Source: Candidatus Heimdallarchaeota archaeon
Lineage (GTDB): Archaea > Asgardarchaeota > Heimdallarchaeia > JABLTI01
Reading direction: 5' to 3'
DNA: 64,000 nucleotides
Assembly: GCA_018238155.1 (NCBI GenBank)
Contig: JABCTZ010000022.1
Location: 56,385 to 120,384 of the forward strand
The notes under the pieces are model-generated. The model made no database searches. It had not been told where the DNA came from and saw nothing but the letters and a program-made list of their open reading frames with translations. Below, one piece after another: positions 61,736 through 64,000 of this stretch. The translations under genes were made by a program, and so were the position numbers. The first letter of the stretch is position 1. Each line of letters begins with the position of its first letter.

Positions 61736-62038
61736 AATTATCGGAAGTTGAGGAATACGCAATTTTCTCATTGATAAAACTGTTAGTGATTAAATATCGA
61801 GAAATTGGAATATTGAGAAGTTATGGTGTTAGTAAATTACTACTGTATTTTAAATGGGAAAGAACTCAAAATAGATATGACCCAAGAGATGAATTGGAAA
61901 AAATATGTTGTGAGAAACTAGAACAAATTACCTGATGTTTAAATGGAAATCAACTTGTAAGAGGAATTTACATTCGTTTTTCCATTTTTTGTTAGAAAAA
62001 GGATTAAGAGAATTTAGAATTCTTTTCTGCATTCTCTT

Positions 62039-64000
62039 TTAGTTTTCAGGTTGAATTTCAGTTACCCTTTTCTTTCGGATAATAATTACTCCTAATACTG
62101 TTGCTACTATTATCATTGCACCACCAATCGGCCCAACAATATAAGGCCATATGGGATTCTTAGGTTCTACTACTATTATTGCTGGCACTGTATGGTTAAA
62201 GAGTAGTATATCATCCCATCCCCTATACCAATATTTGCTACTACAATATAGTTATCTTCCACCACCAAGTCTCAAAGTATGCTATTATTGATTCTATAGT
62301 CCAATTTCAAGACAGTCGACTTCTCTTCTAAAGCAAAGATATTGATCGTGCTAAGTCCCCTTGTGTAAAGGTAATTGTTTTCAAGGCAGAGACCGAAATG
62401 TGTTCCATCAATTATCCAAGATACTTGTTCTACGTTGTTTGTATCATTGATGTCATAGGTTTTCAAATCTCCGCCAATACAAGTATAAACCATCTTTCCT
62501 CTTACACCTGCGTCTGAAAATTCATTTCCACTAATGTAGAAATTTGGAGAAAAGCTCAAATCAGAATTAAAAATTCTCGAATAGATAAATAATCTAATTC
62601 CGCTACTTTCTGTCAACACGTAAACGAAATCATCGGATATTCCCACTTTTATATAAATTGCGTACATTTCTTCGAATCTTTCAATTACTTGTGGTTGATT
62701 TATATTTGAAACATCTATAACTAAAAATTCACCACTTTCTTGTTACCCTCCAATATAATTCCCTAAAAAGAGATAGTTATCCTTTAAAGCGAAACATCTA
62801 GCTTTTGCTTCTGGTAAATATTCACCAATTTTTATTGGATCCTCAATATTTTGGATATCAATAAATTCTACTCCAATATTTTCTAGTAATACGAAGAGAA
62901 TATTTCCCAGTTTACAGATATCTACTATACTACCATTAGTATGATAGGTACTTATTGTTTGTAATGCAGTTGATTCTGTAGCATTTATTATTGTTAAGCC
63001 CTCTAATCCCATTGCAACGAAAAGATAATTTTCTGAGAGCATTATTTCATTTAGTTCACCAAATCTGCTTATGAATTCATATTTGTATGTCGAATTTAAT
63101 TGAATTATTTCTATGCCGTTTTTGCATCCTAAGAAAATTGTATCATCATTGATTTCTACAGTCATTATCTCACTTGATGCATTATAGTTAGTTATTTCTA
63201 ATATGTTAGTTGGATCTGCGCAGTTCATCAAAGTTATTTTCTCGTCTTGAGTTATAAGAAGAGAATTATTATCACTAGCGATAATGTTATCAGGTTTATC
63301 AATTGATAACTCATTCACTTTCTGGATGTTAGTTGTATTACTTGCATCTAAAACCTTCAAGGTTTCTGAATTATTATTGAGAAATGCATAATTGTTGATA
63401 ATTTCTACATTATCATAATTCTCTCCATCTGTATAATTTCCAACTTTGATTGGATTGTCACCCTCGGTTATATTATAGATTTCTAAACCGCTTTCCCCTC
63501 CTACTACAAATAAAAGGTTATTCTGACAAATAATTTCTTTTACTGTTTCTCCATTCGATAGAGTATTAGCATGAATTGGTTCTGCTATGTTAGTGATGTC
63601 TACTATTTCAATATCTAGTTCTCCTTTTATGATATACATATACTCATTATTAATTTCGAAATCAGAAATTATTCCTTCAGTTTGAAAATGACTCTTTTGT
63701 TCTGGTTTAGTATCATTTTTAATATCTAAAATATCGATTCCATTTTGTTTTAAGGCAATAATTAGGAAATCTTCCACCAAAATTGATTGCCTAGCGAATG
63801 TATTATTGTGATAGCTACCAATTGTTACTGGATTTTTTGGATCACTTATATTGATAATAAACAATTCCTTATTTCCTCCAACAAGATAAAGCAGATTATC
63901 ATTTTCTATAACGTTTTTCACATCACCAAAATTTCTGCTCCATCCATCCAGTGGAGATATTTTATAATCAATAGGATTAAGACTATTAATTTGATAAGAA
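62039..64000 (-). pseudogene. LVIVD-repeat surface protein with several lesions (5' end outside the window)
   Basis: Repeated IxDISNPxxP units; in-frame TAA at 62743, TGA at 62272, and a frameshift near 62200 before the C-terminal TM and RKKR. Confidence 0.8.

Overview
AT-rich archaeal chromosome segment, very probably from an Asgard archaeon (Arf-like and Rab-like GTPases, histone, long Trm112, PDCD5, rpoE'-spt4-DPCK-rps24e-rps27ae-bud32 operon; Heimdallarchaeia is a guess). Housekeeping genes include glmS, glyA, tiaS, gcvH, fumarate hydratase alpha/beta, OGG1-type glycosylase, proteasome beta and alpha, lplA, lipS2 and AOR. About 4.7-16.4 kb is a partly decayed integrated element with two tyrosine recombinases, a ParA/MinD/Mrp-type ATPase, a CATWATG palindrome array, a dif-like 10-8-10 inverted repeat and a secreted metacaspase-like protein. 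Main finding: the Walker A motif of the ATPase gene is interrupted by a 31-nt insertion (9136-9166, minus strand) that folds into a canonical bulge-helix-bulge (BHB) motif. Cutting at the standard tRNA-endonuclease positions restores the frame and the KGGSGKTT motif exactly, which points to a tRNA-type intron in a protein-coding mRNA of a mobile element. Also notable: a decayed RAMP plus permuted-HD (Cas10-like) module with no CRISPR array in the window, just upstream of rpoE'; an apparent AUU start codon for rpoE'; and a small secreted-peptide gene next to a large regulator. All family assignments are by eye from motifs; no searches were run.
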